DNA from: Daphnia carinata
Taxonomy: Eukaryota
Length of the DNA stretch: 64,000 nt
Assembly: GCF_022539665.2 (NCBI RefSeq)
Contig: NC_081331.1
Coordinates: 2,976,001-3,040,000 of the forward strand
Reading direction: 5' to 3'
Part shown: positions 1 to 15,500 of the stretch, in pieces
Layout of the letters: each line of letters starts with the position of its first letter
Numbering within the stretch: the stretch's first letter is position 1
Notes under the pieces: model-generated
Databases searched by the model: none
What the model was told of the DNA's origin: nothing
Seen by the model: only the letters and a program-made list of their open reading frames with translations
Made by a program: the position numbers and the translations under genes

Positions 1-3000
1 TTCGCGAGGAAACGCAGGCCTCCCGCCCTTTGCCCGCTAAAAAGAGTTCAAACTAAATACTCCCATAACCGTAAAAAAAAAAATGAACAACAAACACTAG
101 ACAACAAATAATGGGCCGTGATTATTATCGTGCAGTTTGCACGCCGATGGATTTAAGAAGAAAAAAATTGTTAATTTGCATTTAAATTTTTTGGGGTTAT
201 ATTGCAGCGTGAAAAAAGGCGACCGCCGATCGCGTGAATGACCACCATCAACCAAGTTGACGGGCATGTTTGAAAAGTAGGATGAACGATTTCTCGAAGA
301 ATATCCCGCCAACGGTATTTGTGGGATGGCCGTGAAAAATGGCCAAACATGAAACTACAACTTGTCATAACTCTCGCTCGACTGGAACGCGATTTTGCGG
401 CGTCTGTTTATTGTAGGAAGGACCTGTATATCTCTGATCATCTGTTGCCGTCCAGACACCCCCTGATTTTCGCTTTGGCGGAGGAGAAAAATCCCGAAAC
501 ATGGGGTCCTCGAGATTTACGGTACCAACGTCCCGTAGTTTCATCAAACAAAATGAACAACGACAAGAAATTGAGTGAAGGCAAGAAATACCGAACTCGC
601 ACAACGGAAAAAAAAGAACGTGTAAGAAACGCACGTTCACGGTCAACGTCTGGCTCTTCTTTTTATAGCAGCGGGTTGTCGACGTGAGGAGGGAACAACT
701 CGGTTGTGACGACAGATGCATCTGACGTGAGCAACTGGCATTAAACACGAAAAACTGGAAACAGGGTATTTAAATGTATTCAAGATTTCTCACAGCGCTT
801 ATTAAAGACCAGTTCCTTCTCTCCCCTACAACGAATGGTAATTTTCTTGTATTTTTCTCGCTTTCAAGTGTGACGCCTTCGTTCTTGCGTCCAGTTCAAA
901 ATGCAAATGAGGATAAAGGCATTATTCACGATGCTCTACAGACACAGCCAACCGAGTGTTTACGGATAGCTGCTTCACTGCAATCTGACTTGTGCTCCAC
1001 ATTCTACTCGTCTTCATTGTTATCATTTTTCTTTTTCAAGTGAAAAAAAAAAAAAATGCAACACGCGTGGCTCACATTTTCTCGATTATTTTCATTTAAT
1101 GAAAAGAGATGAGACATACAAGCAGGTTAAAGTCCCGACACGTATACGCTTCAGGCGCTCCATCAAAATGATGATCGTCGTGAAATCATGTCACTGATTT
1201 TTTGTTGCCAAAAACGAAATGGATTCTTCATTTCAAAGGCCAAAGAAAAAAACGGTAACCATATCACGCAACGATGCCTTCACGCTCTTCCCCAAAACAC
1301 ATACTATATAAGCATAACGTGATAGAATTACCTGTAAACGATGCCGAACGAATCTCAAGTCAGGGAGCGATTGAGTTAGAAAAAGGCCGAAGAGTTTTGA
1401 CCTACTTTTTTCTTCTTTCCCCGCTCGCCCCAAAGAAAATGTTAAACATTTTTTTATTTATCGAATGAGGCGATTCGCTTGCGTCACCCCAATGTTATTT
1501 GTCTTTTTTTTCCCCTCCCTGTAAATAACAAACAGCACGCGGAATTTTTTTTTTTAAAAAGAAAAGGAACGCACTCTGATCCTTAACACATGCGATGCGT
1601 TCGACCAAAGAGAGTTGGCGCAAGAGGGGGGGAGGGGGAGGAGAGCCCACATCCGGGTCCGATTATTACATCTGCTCCCGCACCAGGCACCCCGAAAAAA
1701 AAAAAAAAGAAACGGTGCTGCATCATTTTCAGAGAGGGCAATATGTACAACACATTGAACTTCAAGGTCTCTACAGTCAAGAAAGGTCTGTAACACCCAC
1801 GTTTAATCACGATCATCATCGAAAGCATGATCGGCGAAGGACTACCTGAATTTCGGAGTTGTTTGGCCTTGCAAATCGTGTAATTCGAATTCATTTTTTT
1901 TTTGCTGCGGATTGAAAGAAAGAGAGAACGACAGTTACATCGAAACTAAACACGAGAACGAGAGAGAGGAGTAGGGGCATACACACAAACAGAAGGAAAA
2001 AGGAGGGCATTTGATAAAAATCGTGAAGAGACACGCACACATATTCGCACCTGGGATATGAAAATGGGGGAAAAATAATGGCGATGCAGCAACTCGCCGT
2101 TTGGAATGAATAAATTGCGAATTCAGCTTCATTACTTTCGAATGTTTCCCCTCGACATAATGAAATGAAAAATAGTAAGGAAAGAAGTTATCATCGAGAT
2201 GATGAGACACGACTAGCATGAATTTCAATTAGAGGGGGAAAATGGAGGGGGGGAGGGCTAACTGAGAACCACCTACATACGCTCCTCAATCTCTTCTCGA
2301 CATCAAAACAGGAAAGAACACAGCACACATCATTTATGGAAAAATAGAGGAGGAGGAGAATTTTTAATGAAGACCCACGCGCCATGGATAGAAAACCTGG
2401 AATATCAACTCGTTTTTTTTCTTCTAAAAAGAGAGCAAATGCCAACAAAGATGATAACATCAATGCCACCTCCGATGGAATGACATGTCTGGATCCTTCA
2501 CTCTTGCGTCTCGTGCACGATGACAAAAAGGTTCCTCTACCCGTCATGATTTTTGCATGATGGCGATATTCATCGGAATAGCTATTTTTAATTTTCTCTC
2601 TTTTTTTTTTGGCCCTGTAGATCTAAGCTTTTCCTTTTCTTCTAAACACGGGTTCCTGAGTTTACGATTGACAGGTTAAAGTAATCCATCATGGAGCGGG
2701 TTTTTCTCAACACACCGAAACAAGTGGGGACGAAAAGAAGTGCGGCTTTTCGAAAGCTAAGACTAAGACAAATTAAAGGTGCACTATACCAAGATTTTTA
2801 TCTCTAAATATTCTCCAAGGCAAAGGGAATATCAAGATCTTTAAAAAAAGAAAAAAGCAAAAAAAAATTAGAAGCTAACGAAACAAAAGAAGAAGCTAGG
2901 TAAGGAAACAGAAGGATAGGAAAGAAGAGCCGGTTGTAATAAATATAACGCCGAGAGCTTTGCTTAAGTCAGGAGTTGTTAGGGTGTTCAGCGTTTCTTT

Positions 3001-3010
3001 TTGCTTTAAT

Positions 3011-3900
<890 letters not shown>

Positions 3901-4349
3901 TTTGTGTTTTTTGGGAAGATAAAGAAAAACAGCAAGAGAAAAGAGCTACTGCGTGTGATTTTGACGAAACAGATGTCTTAAGTTGCAACTAATGACACGA
4001 TAGTGCGGTTGCCCTAAAGCTCAAAATTCAACCGCATCGTCATCATCGACAATCGACCAACAAAAACTCACGACAAATCGACACGACGGCGCACGAATGC
4101 CTTCAAACGTTTTGATTACATTAAGCTATATAATCGGTAATGCAGATGATGGCCACTTTCCACGGTAATGTGATCTCGAAAAATCGTAATTTAATTTATC
4201 AACGGATTAATTTACAAGAAATAATGTCTGTTGAAATCAAAAGATCTGGGTTGTACATTGAACGTAACCATTCATGCTATATTCTGTTGTCATGCCATAA
4301 TCCGCATATTCAACTCAAACAATAAAATCAATACCACCATAAACAAACG

Positions 4350-4762
4350 TTACGTCATCACATGTTTCTTGTTTATTTTCCATCGCTAAAGGTTTTTACT
4401 TTATGGTTAAGAATTACCATATTTTTTGCGAGAATATCACGCTCTGGTACAAGCCAAGCCAATAAAGCATTTCCCTACGCGCCAGGCTTCCACGTCATGC
4501 CCCATAGGCTGTGCTGTTTAATGGGATGAAACTGAATGACACCTGGTTAATCGACCGAGGTCTTACGTCACTGACATTCTTCGTTCTCCAGTCTTTGAAT
4601 TGATCAATGAAAAGTCCCGTCATTCTACGTGAGAAAAAGCTACGCTACTTCCGTATCATTGGCCTTATTTGCTAACTCGTGTAATCGATAATCCTCGTCT
4701 ACGCCGCTTCACTGAATGGGTGGCCCACACGAGAGCTGAGTAAAAACTTGAGGCTATAAAAG
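4350..4762. promoter_or_regulatory. Cluster of CRE/UPRE-like bZIP sites upstream of Rab2, plus a plus-strand TATA box
   Basis: TTACGTCA at 4350 and 4563, CCACGTCA (reverse complement TGACGTGG) at 4490, TATAAAAG at 4755. Motif match only. Confidence 0.4.
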
Positions 4763-5716
4763 GTCAACGGAAACTAAGGTAATAAACCAAAGACCAGGGT
4801 CGTCGAAATGAGAAAATAACAATTAAAAAATTTAAAGATAAACAAACAAAGAAAATGTCATTTTGATATTATATTATGGCTCGACTCTCTCAATGTTACT
4901 CTCGAAAAATACGTCCATCGTGGGTTGGTATACAATACACGATTGAAGCTACAAAGTTTAATATTTGCAAATGTTTTAGTAATCGATTCGAAAAATTTCG
5001 TTCAGCCAGTGATTGAAATCGCATTGTTTTTGTTTTTCCAAGATACACAACAGGAACAATGTTAGCATAGGGTGAATGAGCGTCTACTCCACCCTATGTC
5101 GTATCTGATGGGCGTGGTAATTCCGAATGCGGAAGGTTCGGATATTTCCTGAAATGGAAACACATCACTTCCGCAGTTGATAACGAGGGGAGTACAATTT
5201 GAAGGTGGATATAGGGGAAAAGGAACTAGACATAGACACATACAAAAAAAAATGTGAAATGGTTGTCGTTTTTATCCAAATACATCAGTCGATTGAATCA
5301 TCGACCAAACACGACCGTCGCGTGAGGAATTGCTATCTAGTTTACGACTAAATCATATCCCTTAATATTTTATCATACAATTCGCGCCATCTTGACAAGA
5401 ATTAACAATGAGAAATGCTGAAATCTGCTCGATTCGTCTTCCCCATTGGCAAAATATTAAAGGGAACCTGAGATACCTGGTCATACCAAAATAAGATATT
5501 TCTAGAAAATAAAAGAAGAAAAAAATCGGGTGGGGTATCTGGAAAGTGTAGACTAGAGTCTCGTATCAAAGAAAAGTTATTTTGTTCGTATGGCAAGTGT
5601 CGAAAAAGTGACGACAAAAAAAAAATAGCTGTATGTAGGGAAAGAGATATCACCCATTAGAAATTGCTTTTTTTTTTCTCTTGAAAAGGAGAGGCCAAAT
5701 GATTCAAATCCTGTTA

Positions 5717-8700
5717 TCATTTGATACTTTGACGCAGTTCTTGCAAAGCCGATGCCGTGATGGTGCCGTGCGACGACACGAACTTGCTCGTTCCCGTAAT
5801 TCCGCCTACGTTTGTTGCTCCAGCACTAGTCGTCAAGTTAGAGACGTTGTTCAACGAAGTGAATTGCCTCTTGCCAAACGTCGGTGCGGGCCGAGGGATT
5901 TTATTGTCACGGACGACGCCCGTCGTTGTGCTGCCAAGCGCCTTTTCCGCCGAAGTTGCCTAATACCAATACAACAATCCGTCTCATTCGGGTGGACAGT
6001 AAACAATTTTATGATTTGCCAAAGATATGCTTGTGGCGTAATTAGAAGCCTCAGAGCACATAACGGGATTATTACCCGTGGGATAGTCACCGTCCGTGTA
6101 ATGACAGGATTGTCTAAACTTCGGCTGAATAGGTTTTTCCCATAGCGGCCAGCAAATCTCGACGCTGTTGTGCTGGTTTGCGACGAGGCTGGAACCCCGG
6201 CCGAACGAAGTGGAGGTTGTGCGTTGCTGACAGTTGCCCGACAACTCGTATTGCTAATATTGCAATTCTGTTCCATGCTGGAAGCAAGCAAATGGCTGGC
6301 TGAACAACTCGTCGTTAACGGTGAACCTGATCCCCAAAATTATTTCATTTATTCATCAAAATTATTCGAAGATTACGAGGTTTTACCTTTGCTGTGATCC
6401 GAGTCAGTTGATGAGTTGGACAGATGGTACTTGACTAAGCAATGACCAGAATGCGATCGGGGAATTGCGGCGGATGGCGAAGATAATTTATTGGAGCTCA
6501 ACACTTTCGAAGATTTTTCCCTATTCCGCATCACATCATCCGAATGTCTGCTCACCAACTTGCGATCTGGAGGACGAGGCAAATCAACCGATCGGTTGTT
6601 TCCTAACGAACCACCGGACGAATCGGCCGGAATGCTACTGTACTTTATCTTCGATTGTTGAACACGAGCCTCTGATGACAAATCTACGCTGGATTTTGTT
6701 TTCGGAATCGTTTTACTCGTTTCTTTCGGTGAGTTCTTGGGTGAAGATGAATCCGTGTTGGAATCCCGGATGAATTTAAAGGGCGATAGCTCGCGGATTT
6801 CCTGCCGCTTTTGATAGGCAATTACTTCGTAAAGTTTAGTTCGATATTCGTCCACAGTTAGCTGAATGGCATCGCTTAATGTTGGCACGACGTCGTGATC
6901 CAGGGCTGGCTCTCTTTCAGGTTTGTGGAATGCCCGGACGTACGGATGTTCAAGCGCTTGTTCGGCCGTTAAACGTTTGTGCGGATTGAGGACTAGCAGC
7001 TTTTCCAGGAGATCGATGGCATCCACAGGAGCAGCAGCCAAAATGGTTCGAAGTGGTTGTTTGGGTACCATCATGGATTTCTCCAGCAGGGTAGACGCAT
7101 AGCCAGAGCTAAGCGATTGTATATCTGTGTAGTAAAACAAAATAAGAGTTATCTTCTATCTAAAGCAATAACTTATGCGTTTGCACAAGCCATTTAAGTA
7201 GAAAACTTGCCTTCTTTGGATGGTGGAGGAATCGAGGCCATGATCTTCTCCAATTGATTGAGCGTAGAAGTGCCGGGAAAGAGTGGCTGGCCGAGGAGTA
7301 TTTCGCCTAATATGCACCCCAAACTCCACATGTCCACACCTTTCGTGTACCTAAAAAAAGAAAACATCATTTCAAAAATCAAATCATTCTGGTTCTTTTT
7401 AATTTTTTTTTTGTTATCTTTTGAAAAAATGGCATGAGCGGACCATTTCGAGAGGGTTTAGTTGCCTGGAAAAGGAAAACCAAAAGGCGTCGTTATTACC
7501 GTTTGGAAGCCAGCAGGATCTCTGGCGCCCGATACCATCTGGTTGCCACGTAGTCGGTCATCACGTTATCCGCCTGGCCTTCTTCACAGTCCTGGACCAG
7601 AGAACGGGCCAGTCCGAAATCGGCTATCTTACATCGACAGTCTGCGTCCAACAGGATATTCGAAGGCTAAATAAAATGGCATTCGTTTCAATTTGAAAAC
7701 TCATTTAAGTACATACAAGACATTTCAAAAAGGATCTCCACTATTTTCTTCGTTATGAACCCGTGACGAATGTTTTTTAATACCAAATATAAAAAAGCAA
7801 GGTGTCGCGTCGTAAATCATCTTTGTTTCGACTAACCACCCGCCAAGTTAGAAGTACGTTTAACTTTTAAGCCAGAAAAAAAAATTTCTTTTTAACATTT
7901 GAGAAACGTCGTGTTTACTTAGTTTTAAAGACTGAACAAAACACAGCTGCCTTTTCGAGACATATGGTTGTCTGTGTTTTGTTATTCGTTTCTTTTTCAT
8001 TGAATTTCGCAAAGGGGCAAAGAGGTAGATAGCGTTGTCAAGGTGAATGTACACAAAAAAGGTGTCGTGATAGTTAAAGCCTGCACGTTTTCAAATTGAA
8101 TGCTAATGCAGCGGATGGCAAACCAGTCGAACTGAGTTAGCAGATAAATAGATATAAAAAAAAACCTTTTGATCACGATGAATCACGTTGCCAGAATGCA
8201 GGTACTTGGTGGCCCGAAACAACTGATACAAAATGTATTGCTTATGCACTTCTTTGAGGATGTTTCCACGTTTGATGACATTGTGCAAGTCCGTGTCTAT
8301 AAATGGCAAAATTCAAATTTAGATTAACACAAACAAAATCGATCAATTCTTTTACCCATATATTCGAAAACGAGGTAGATGTCTTTGTCGTTATCGGCTC
8401 GATGGACGTCCAGCAGACGGATAATGTTGGGGTGATCGCCAAAGTGTTGCAGGAACATGATTTCACGGAAAGTCCGTTGGGCGTCCGTCTGATTTCGGAA
8501 GGCATCTACGTACATAGACCAAGAACATGAAACACGAGTTTTGGGCATGGACAATCAGTCACGTGAAGAGCGGATGGCCGTGTAAACAATCACGTTACAA
8601 TCCAATCGGCCGCTTGTGAACCGCAAATAGAACAAAGTCGATGAAAACAAAGAAAAAATGTACCGAAAATTTTCTTGACGGCCACGACGCTGCCCGTCTT

Positions 8701-9223
8701 CTTGTCGACGGCTTTCCAGACGATTCCGTAAGCCTAATAATTCACGTCAAACAAATAGATATGAATGACACGTGTTTTCCCGATTAGAAAAGGGATAAAA
8801 CTTTTTTGAACGGACAAGGGGGAAAACGAAGACGGACACAAAGATGAAGAGATGCGTGTTTGGCGTGACGTTATTCCCGCTCGTCCGTCAATATTATACG
8901 AAGATGATTAGACGTGTATATGACAACAAAAACATACGAACACGTTTTCCCCCTTTCTAGTACTGAATTTTAAAAACAAAATCCAAAATTCCGTTTCACC
9001 TTTTTCGACACAACAATCAAATTTGAACGCAGCCAAAAATGGGTAACGAGGCCGCAACGAAATAGAACAGGAATTTTACATAATAACGAAAGTGAACCTA
9101 ACCGCCCGATCAATCAAACAAAAGCAATGAAAGAAAACAAAAATGTCATACGCCTTTGCCGAGCCGCTTTTTGACATCGTAGCGCTTGCTGATGTGCATA
9201 TCCACTTCGCAAATGTCAGCCAT
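5717..9223 (-). CDS. MAPK15: Atypical MAP kinase MAPK15/ERK7 (exons approx. 9223-9152, 8733-8664, 8505-8356, 8296-8166, 7666-7500, 7350-7211, 7124-6387, 6326-6076, 5959-5717)
   Basis: Motifs [78 protein letters not shown] long S/P-rich tail ends [17 protein letters not shown]. Boundaries of the last intron are less certain. Confidence 0.95.
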
Positions 9224-12200
9224 TGCCTTGGCGTTCCTTTTTTTTTTTTGCTTCTGGTCTTTGTTCTCAGCTTTTAGACGTGCCCCCGTCTACCTGGCAG
9301 GTAAGTATCTATGTCAACCGGAGGAGGGGGCTCGACCTGCCGTGGCACAAATTTTCCATAGGCATAGAAGCAATTGAAAAGGCAACTGGAATAGCTCGAA
9401 AGAGTTTGATGGACCACGAGGTCAGCCACAGTTTAGCAAAAAAAAGAGACTGGCCGCTTGTTGTGTCTGCTGAGAATCGTGCGAAACTTTCTCGCTTGTT
9501 TCTCTGTTTTTTTTTTTTTTCTTGGCTTTGTCGATGGTCCTGTGTGATCAGCCGAAAGAAAAGCTGATTAGATAACATAAATACATTCTGACGTGTACAA
9601 ACGTACCTTCTACAATGTCACATCCTTTTAGTTGTTGATTTTCTCTTGTTTAAATATCCAGAATGAAAAACAAGCTCACAAAAATGAGCGTAACAAACGA
9701 AAAACGTGGAGAAATTAAGTTGAAAAAAAAGCACAGAATAGAAAACATGTAAAGAAGAAGAAGAAGAAAAAAAAGCCTCCAGTTGCGGCTAGGAGGAATG
9801 TCAGACTGACGAGTTTAGTGCTGAACTTGTTTTTGTGTAGCCATCCCTCCCAACTCCCCTTCGCCTCTTTGAGTGTGCGCGACTATAGGCGGTCGGGGAT
9901 CGGGTGTTGTATACCTGGGCTTTGTGCGGAACGTTGGGGGTGTATCATAAGGTAAAAAAAAGAAAAAAGGGAAAGAGAGAGAGAGAGAGAGAGAGTGGTG
10001 GGATGATGAAGGAAGGAGAAGGGGGGATATTCAGGTAGACTCTCCCCAAGGGCAATTTTTCAGTAAGAAATGCATACATGTATACACCTGAGGCTCCCTT
10101 TTTTTCTCGGTCCAGCATTCTCCTTCGATCTTTGAATATTCCTTTCTTCAATCTTTCGCCCACAGATATTTTTTCTTTCATGTGTGTTGTTATTAGCATA
10201 TTTTTTTCTTTCTCTCCAAATGTAGACGAAAATATTTTTCAAAAGCGTTAAAATCAAAGACTTTCTAAACAACAATAGGAGCTAAACAAAGTGTTGGAAT
10301 ACATACGAAGCAATGGAAAGAATCCCGTAGAAAGCGGACTGGATGGCGATCCATCAAAAAACGGAGAGGATGCAATAGAAGGTGTGCAAGATGGCCTATA
10401 ATAGTGTGTTTCATTTGTTTCCAACCTGCGGGGAATGTTGTTTAAGTTGCACATTATAAAAACGTGTATATAGGAAGAAAGCGCTACATTCTGTGCCTTA
10501 CATTTACTTTGCGACACCTGGCGGGTTTTTGAAGGTTGTGTGTCATTTGGCAGTTGGTCTGATCTGCGTGTCAAATGTCTATTGCACGGCAATTCCAGGG
10601 CTCGATCCGTTTGGGTTTTTACATGTCAGCTCAGATAGAACGATCCTTTTTCTTCTTTCGAGTATTTCTATCATTGCCGACCGTCATACATTTCTTGTTG
10701 ATTGTCATTGGTCAAAAATCTCAGTCGTTTGCCCTTTTTTTTGTTGGCATTATTTTTTAACAATCGGATATTGCAAAGAAGCAATCGCAATATTAAATCC
10801 ATATATCGTGCACGAGAACAATAGAATATGTAGCTATTAGGTTGATACGTATTGAAGGAGTGCCTAACTGCGGGGGTTGGTCGAAAAACTTGCGTACAAT
10901 AAGGAATAAAATAATGGCAATCGATGCGCCTATACATGCGGAAGCTCCGACATGGTCCCTGCAATTTACAAACTTCCGGAAACTTATTCGAAGTTGGCAT
11001 CGAAACTCGAAACTTGCATTCGTGTATCAGCGTTAGGCAATATCATAAGGCGCACAACAACAACAGCGCGTGTAATGCCAGTAGACGTTACGTGGCCAAC
11101 GATTCCTGCAAACGATGCGCATCAACATGAACAAGACAGCGAAAAGAAATGAAATAATGAATAACGCACGTATTGCACTTTGGAAATGAATTGTATCGTG
11201 AAATTTGTCCATCATCAGGCGAGTCAAGCTGCACCACGATACACGAACAAGATAATATAGCCAAGGACATACGAAAATATGGGACCCTATCCATATGCTT
11301 GGTTAGAATCAATGTTTTTTTTTTCTCCTATGTCCCGTGATGTTTGTGTATGTCTTACGTAGGAATATAGGATCACCATGGCGACCGACTTGTGTACTTT
11401 CCATGTGTCCCGTTTATATGTATTGCCTTTTTTTCTGTCTCTCTGGGATGACTAATAAAAAACGGGTTTGATAAAATGAAAATAAACAAACGAAAAATTA
11501 ATGATTTTTTATATGTCCTTAAGTTTCTGTTGCGTCTTTTTATTTCAACTGTGTTTTTATTCTTTTGTCAACTGCCATACACACTGGGATATGGCAATAA
11601 AGTGCGTCTACGCCATGTGAAAATGATCGCCCCTGGGCCATAGTTACGAAGGAACCCGCTGATATGCTCTAATGTAATAATCATCATCATCATTATTGGT
11701 CATAAAACCGCGTGTACACAGACGAGTAATATGAAAATGATGAGGCCCAATTTCGATTGCCCCGCCGCCGCGTTCATGACGATGTATTCCGACAGCGAGT
11801 GAGAAATAGAGTAGACTGTATACCATTTTTAAGCTTGAACTAGAAAAAGAAAATGAACAATGGGGTTAAAAATAAAAATTTTCAAAAGAATAAGAAAGAG
11901 CAATTATTTAAGGCCTACATAATTCTCCCCTTTTTCGGGTTTTTCTTCGACTGTCCAAAAAAAGCTCAAAATTCGTTATTCAGTATATGTACAACAGCAC
12001 ACGTATACAAACATTGGATAGTAGATTATTACGTGCCGTAGTACGCACTGTCAGAAAAAAAAAGAGTTTAAAAAGAGTTTTGGATCCAATGGGTGAACGA
12101 CATAGCCATAATTTGCATAGTCTTTGACTGAATGACTGACACGCACACACACACACGTTGACAATGTAGCCGTAGAGGACTTTTAGGCTCAGGTTAAGGT

Positions 12201-12553
12201 AGAATTGAGGGTCATGAAAACGCTGAAAAAGACAGAAGCGCTGAAATATAGGAAGGGGATGTGTGTGTGAATGTGATGCACTTTGGGGCTGGAGTTGCCA
12301 TGTCAACGACTAGTTTTCCACCGACAAACGGAGAGACAAAACACCGAATGAGAAATATACAGATCGATTACGAGAGACGACGTGCGGGGGTGGAACAAAG
12401 TCCGCGTGACCTTCGATCCGTCTGCCATCGCTTTCGATTGTCAACGTAAGAAAGAAAAAATCCTAAAACAAAAACAAAAAAAGGAAATATAAAAAAGGAC
12501 AAAGACAAATGACCACCACCAACCATCACCACCACCCACACAAGTTGGTACAA

Positions 12554-15500
12554 TTACAATCGTGTGCTCTGTCCGTAATAGGCAGTTGTGGTGGCCGGCT
12601 TCGGGATGTGGGTGCTACTGCTGCGAGGTGGCAGCATCGATGGCGATGCCCCAGCTAATTTAGCCAGCTGACCAGTTGAACCGGAAGAAGGAATCGATGA
12701 CGAGACGGGCACGTTCCGACACTTTATTAACCATTTAATGATTCGCGCATTACGTTCTACGATGGATGGTTCACCCATTCCCGGTTGGCTTCCTAATGGC
12801 CGCAAGAACAAACGAATAAAATGATTGTATTCTTAAAGATTGAAGGAAGAGATACCTAACAAGCGGCGCTGCAGGGTGGCGGCCATGTCCTCCGAATCGG
12901 AACTTTCGTACATGTTGTCCACGTGACGCCTTTTACAGTACGAGTCGACCGAACTGACGCTGGAAAAGTAGACGGGCGACGAACGACCCGAAGTGTTCAT
13001 CATCATATCGGGACATTTTCCATGCTGGCCGATTGTATCGAAAAATTGGTCCAGGTCCAGTGGAACGTCTCCGGTGAATTCTGGTGGAACGGCTGGTAGC
13101 AAGTCGGGAGCAAATCGAGACGGACCGACATCCGATTTGGAACGCAAAATGGCTTTGCGTCTCACTTGGTCCGGTTCAACAGTAGAACTTTCCGCGGCTG
13201 ATGGATCTACTCCACTGTCATCCTGCCACGGTGGAGGCAAAGTCCAGGGTTGACTAGTCTGGAATTCAATCACAAAACAAAAGGTTTAAAATTTCGTATC
13301 ATAACTTTCAATTGATGGATTCATTTATACCTGGACGAGACTGGTGGTTTCGTATTTAAAACTGGGCGAACGACTTGCATAATCGGAAGTTGTTGCCCGT
13401 TCGCTCCTGCTGGCGCCGACGCTTCCTCGAGCTCCGGGCCGGCTATTGAATGGAGTTTCGCTCTCATTGGAAGACTCGTCCGATCCCGAACTATTGGATC
13501 CTGTGTCCAAGTGGACGCTACTGCTACGACTCATTCGACTACTACCTCCATCGCTACAGCTCTCCAAATCGGTGGATGCCGAACGGATTTTGCCACCTTT
13601 GACTCCGCCACCGCGTCCGCGTTTCGTATTTTTAGGTGAATTCAAATCCGGGAGCGACTTGTGCAAAATGGGGTTACGCAGCAATAAATTGCGTTGCGTT
13701 TGGATCGCTTCCGATACCGGCAGGATCGTCATGCTTGTCGGAGCTTCTTCGCTTTGGATGCGACGGAAGACGGCAGACTGAGACTTCAATCCAATCGCTT
13801 GTGATGGAGTCGATTGCTGGAATGGCTGACGCGGTGGTTTCCGGCTGGAAACAGGTGATGGATGGGCCACTCGTCCAGCCGGCAGTTGGTGATGTTGACT
13901 TTGTTCTTGACTTAGTAAACGAAGTTTAGCGTTAAGGGCCGGACTTTTGGGTGGGATTGGCGGGGGAGGTGATGGATTGTTTTTATTCATGCGATGTGGC
14001 AACTCGGGCGGTTGATTGCTTTGACAGATGCACGGCAACACTTCCGAAAAGGTGATGCGCGTCCTCATTTTCTTGTTATTGGGGCTGACACCTCCACCTC
14101 CTCCGCTGGAAGGTGATGTCATTGTGCCCGTTTTTCCAGCCGACGACTCGAAGAATCCTATCAAACGGCATGTGCTTTTCGAAGGCACGAGCTTGCGAAC
14201 TTGAAGGTTCTCTTCCGTAGATCCGGGCCGGCTTAGAAAGCGTTTAACGGCCGTAACATTCAATGGAATTGGGTTGTCTTTGCGTATAGATAAACGTCTT
14301 TTCTCCACTGGCGGTGTCGCGTAGTATCCTTCGCGGGATCTGGAATAGCCGACTCCGCCATTTCCATAAGTTCCTGTTGTTTCACTGTCCGTATTCTCCT
14401 GTTGCTGGAGCTGATAGTGTGGGAGAAACGTGGCGGATGTCGCTACAGCCGCCGTCACAGTAGGGAAGACGTGATGTTCCCGAATGCGGGATGTCGGCAA
14501 GCTCAGCATAGGCGAACGATTGGGATGGTGCTGCAGCAATAGCAGCCGGTCGCCCGGACTGTAATGCGGCAGCTCCTGTTTGCGATCCAGTACCCGCTCC
14601 GTTTTGACGTAAAAGGCCTTCGATTCCTCCAATAACTCGACCGCCGTCTTCCGTTTTCCTATTTCAATACAAGATCCAGTTTGATTAGTTGATTTATTCG
14701 TTGATTTATTATTTTTTTAAAGATGTGGTTTGTGATGTTTCCGATAGATGGCAGTGATAGCATTGTATGTTATTGGTGGTTTGCCTGCTGGGTTTCACAG
14801 CGGATTGACACGGGATCGGAAACCGCGTTCAATCGAGGGCGGAAAAAGTCTCACGCAGCCATAATAATAATAAAAAAAGGCAACAACAACCAACAACAAA
14901 AAGAGGCTGAATCTTTACCTGAGGAGAAAAATAATAAAAATATTCCAGTGCCAGCTTCCCCTTTTGCGTATAGCGAACTGCCCCTCCTTTTTCCAACCCC
15001 GCCCAGAAACCTCAATGTCAGCTGACGAACGAACGAGCAGTGTCGATGCCCCGCTTCCGTTTTGACAGGTGTCTCACGCTTCCACCACTTATATATATCA
15101 AAAACCCACACTTCGGCCTTCTTCCCATTGCTTCTCTCGTTTCCTTCCGGACTTGAGCTTCTTGCGTAAGAGCACGTCAGAGGTGTTTCACCTCCGTAAG
15201 AAACCCGCCAAATTCCTTTTTTTTTTAAAAGGGGATATATAAGACAGGTCTTGTTATTTACTTTACCTCCTTTTTTTCTACAGAAAAAAAAAAAGAAAAA
15301 GAATAAAAACATATTTCTATTTCCCTCGGTTTTCTTCTACAGGCCGTCGACGTGAAACTAATCGGTGCCATTGTCTCTTTCTCGTTCTGACTTTTCTCCC
15401 CTTTTACCCATGTCCTGCTCTCTTTTTTCCTTTCCTGTTTCCCGGTGTGCTAGTGCCTCAGCGCACCTGTAATGATTACGGAAAAAAAAATTTATGTTGA

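Noticed and set aside
1..2900. Short ORFs in the first 2.9 kb
   Set aside because: Low-complexity translations driven by poly-A and poly-T runs. The region is probably UTR, intronic or intergenic.
7500..8180. HRDQK catalytic loop and TDY activation motif in the kinase
   Set aside because: HRDQK is normal for MAPK15, and TDY occurs in invertebrate ERK7, so neither is an anomaly.
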